A stretch of 27,534 nucleotides of DNA. It comes from Candidatus Borrarchaeum weybense. GTDB lineage: Archaea; Asgardarchaeota; Sifarchaeia; Borrarchaeales; Borrarchaeaceae. Position 1 is the stretch's first letter. Each line of letters starts with the position of its first letter. The notes under the pieces are model-generated. The model was not told the DNA's origin. It made no database searches and saw only the letters and a list, made by a program, of their open reading frames with translations. Made by a program: the position numbers and the translations under genes. Below, one piece after another: positions 25,801-27,534 of this stretch. Location: NCBI GenBank assembly GCA_019057385.1, contig JAHQJS010000001.1:111791-139324 (forward strand). The letters run 5' to 3'.

Positions 25801-26541
25801 TCAGAAAAGAAGCATCTTCACTCTATTTCTTGCTAATCTACAATAGTTAGGAGATACGTCTATCCCAACGTATCTTCGCTTTAGCTTTTTAGCCGCCATG
25901 CAGGTTGCTCCCGAACCACAAAATGGATCAAGAATAACATCATCTACATAAGATAGTAACTTAATGCATCTTCTAGGAAGCTCCTCTGGAAATGGTACGG
26001 GAAATGATTTGCTATGAGCTGTGGGAATTTTCCAAATCCCATTAACCCATCTCTTAAACTCATCCTTACTTATGTCGGACACTCCTTTATCCTCTCTTTT
26101 CCAATTTCCTTTGCTCGCGATAATTACTACTTCATATGGGCAATAGATGTATGGACAAGATGCGGACATCCAACTTCCCCAGGCTGACAATGTTGAACGT
26201 GTTGGATCTTCCCAGATGATGATACTATGTAGATTGAATCCCACCTGCTCAAGTAAATTCGAGAATCTGACGCAGGGCGAGTCTCTTCTGATCTTGCTGT
26301 TTCCTATATTCAGCAATACGTTCAAGGCAATTCTTCTATTGGGTTTTAATGCCTTGTAGCAAGAGCACAACCATTCTCTACACCATTCATAGTATTCATC
26401 GAACGGCCGTGAATCGTTGTAGTTGTCATATTTTATTCCGATGTTGTATGGAGGGGATGTAACAATCAGGTCTATTCTTTCCGGGAATTCTTCCATCACC
26501 TCAATAGAATTACCGCAAATTATTTTATTTACTTCCTTCAC
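25801..26541 (-). CDS. Site-specific N4-C/N6-A DNA methyltransferase (beta class)
   Basis: VTSPPYN catalytic motif precedes the LDPFCGSGAT SAM-binding motif. Confidence 0.92.
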   Translation of the reverse strand: MKEVNKIICGNSIEVMEEFPERIDLIVTSPPYNIGIKYDNYNDSRPFDEYYEWCREWLCSCYKALKPNRRIALNVLLNIGNSKIRRDSPCVRFSNLLEQVGFNLHSIIIWEDPTRSTLSAWGSWMSASCPYIYCPYEVVIIASKGNWKREDKGVSDISKDEFKRWVNGIWKIPTAHSKSFPVPFPEELPRRCIKLLSYVDDVILDPFCGSGATCMAAKKLKRRYVGIDVSPNYCRLARNRVKMLLF

Positions 26542-26872
26542 TATCTATCAACTGCTTAACCAAACGTCTATGACAATGATCATCATTCTTTTCAAAACAA
26601 AGTAAAGTTATTATCTCGCCATTTCTTGATCTCTCCGCCAACTCTCTAATTCCCTCTTGAGCTCTACGCCCACCCATTAACCAGAAAAATTGTTTTTCAT
26701 ACTCTTCCCAGGACAACCCATGATATTTGTAGTCATACAATAACTTCTTAGTTGGAGCTAATTCAGGATGGTGTTCATCAAATGATATATTATCCGGAAT
26801 TCCTCCTGATACAACTATTCTCGTTCCATCCTCTTCTTCAACTGGAGCGAATAAAGATTTAGTCTTTATCAT
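26525..26872 (-). CDS. DUF488 family protein
   Basis: MIKTKS..., DGTRIVV, ELAPT..L, WEEY...F, ITLLCFE....CHR. Confidence 0.8.
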   Translation of the reverse strand: MIKTKSLFAPVEEEDGTRIVVSGGIPDNISFDEHHPELAPTKKLLYDYKYHGLSWEEYEKQFFWLMGGRRAQEGIRELAERSRNGEIITLLCFEKNDDHCHRRLVKQLIDSEGSK

Positions 26873-27098
26873 CTTCTTCTTCGCCGAAGTTCGAGCGTTC
26901 TCGAACAAATTCACTCAAATCCCCATCTAGAAGAGATTTTTCTCCTATCTCTATTGTAATTCCGCAGCCTGGAGCTGTACAACAACCACCACGACATGAG
27001 TATACAAAACTCAAATGTTCATAGTCATCGTTCCAATAAGCTCGCTGGAATGTTAAGCAATGCTCTCCTATTCTCAAACACTGTGGGATTTTATACAT
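26859..27098 (-). CDS. Cys-rich hypothetical protein
   Basis: Packed ORF with GGAG RBS. Confidence 0.55.
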   Translation of the reverse strand: MYKIPQCLRIGEHCLTFQRAYWNDDYEHLSFVYSCRGGCCTAPGCGITIEIGEKSLLDGDLSEFVRERSNFGEEEDDKD

Positions 27099-27393
27099 TC
27101 TTCTCTCCTTTTGTCAACTCTTTCCACAACTTTTTAATATAGTTGGGCAATTCCTCCATATACAAAGTACGAACATAATCCCTTTGTTTTGAGCTGTAGC
27201 ACGCATCATCGCCATCGTCGCCTTCCATATCCCAACCAATTATTTCTAACATATCGGCTTCGACATCTGAGTTACCAAAAGGACGTTTGCAATCAACTCC
27301 AATACTACCATACTCGCACATATCATCATACTGCAAATTCTCTATCACAGCATCAGCTAATTTTCTCAGATCCTCTTCTTTATTTCTATTCAT
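27091..27393 (-). CDS. Acidic hypothetical phage protein
   Basis: GAGG RBS; DCKRPFGNSD motif. Confidence 0.7.
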   Translation of the reverse strand: MNRNKEEDLRKLADAVIENLQYDDMCEYGSIGVDCKRPFGNSDVEADMLEIIGWDMEGDDGDDACYSSKQRDYVRTLYMEELPNYIKKLWKELTKGEKNV

Positions 27394-27532
27394 TTTGACC
27401 TCTTCCTATCTTCGCCTTAGAACAGCTACCACAAGGCGCTTTGAACGTGCTAATGTTAATGCCACCCTCCACGGTTTTCACGGCCTCCTCTTTCCAAATA
27501 CACGAGCATTCTTTCCTTGTGCAGAGTGGATT
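27386..27532 (-). CDS. 3' end of a Cys-containing hypothetical ORF running off the window
   Basis: Open frame ...CTRKECSC...PCGSCSKAKIGRGQNE* overlapping the next start. Confidence 0.45.
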   Translation of the reverse strand, partial: NPLCTRKECSCIWKEEAVKTVEGGINISTFKAPCGSCSKAKIGRGQNE

Positions 27533-27534
27533 TC

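Noticed and set aside
974-27398. All plus-strand ORFs in the track
   Set aside because: Antisense shadows of well-supported minus-strand genes, with S/F/L/I-rich composition and no motifs
1-27534. Stop-codon reassignment, tRNA or rRNA genes
   Set aside because: Genes are full length under the standard code with TAA, TAG and TGA all used as stops; no cloverleaf or rRNA-like sequence was seen in the few gaps

Overview
A 27.5-kb segment of a large tailed dsDNA bacteriophage genome. It is AT-rich, uses the standard code, and all credible genes lie on the minus strand, tightly packed with ATGA/TAATG overlaps. In transcription order (right to left) it encodes: DUF488; an N4/N6 DNA methyltransferase; a QueC-like enzyme fused to a HAD phosphatase; a TGT/DpdA-like transglycosylase; a beta-type sliding clamp; a family A DNA polymerase with an N-terminal family-4 UDG domain; a DnaX-like clamp loader; a gp32-like SSB with a long Arg-Asp repeat tail; UvsY-like, RecA and RuvC-like proteins; a split SbcC/Rad50 flanking SbcD; an HPRT-like phosphoribosyltransferase; QueD fused to a Vsr-like endonuclease; a small PnuC-like membrane protein; GroES; small and large terminase; a sigma factor; a nucleotide-pool cassette (P-loop kinase, tandem MazG, DUF5664-type dATP/dGTP diphosphohydrolase, NDT-like protein, Pol-beta nucleotidyltransferase); and a frameshifted homing endonuclease. 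The most interesting signal is a dispersed 7-deazaguanine system (QueD, QueC-HAD, TGT/DpdA-like). It sits alongside an HPRT altered at the N7-contacting residue, dNTP-pool enzymes, and the phage's own clamp and polymerase, suggesting nucleotide-level and/or replisome-coupled base modification. Two candidate structured intergenic RNAs and several unannotated small ORFs were also found. All family assignments are by motif recognition, not database search.
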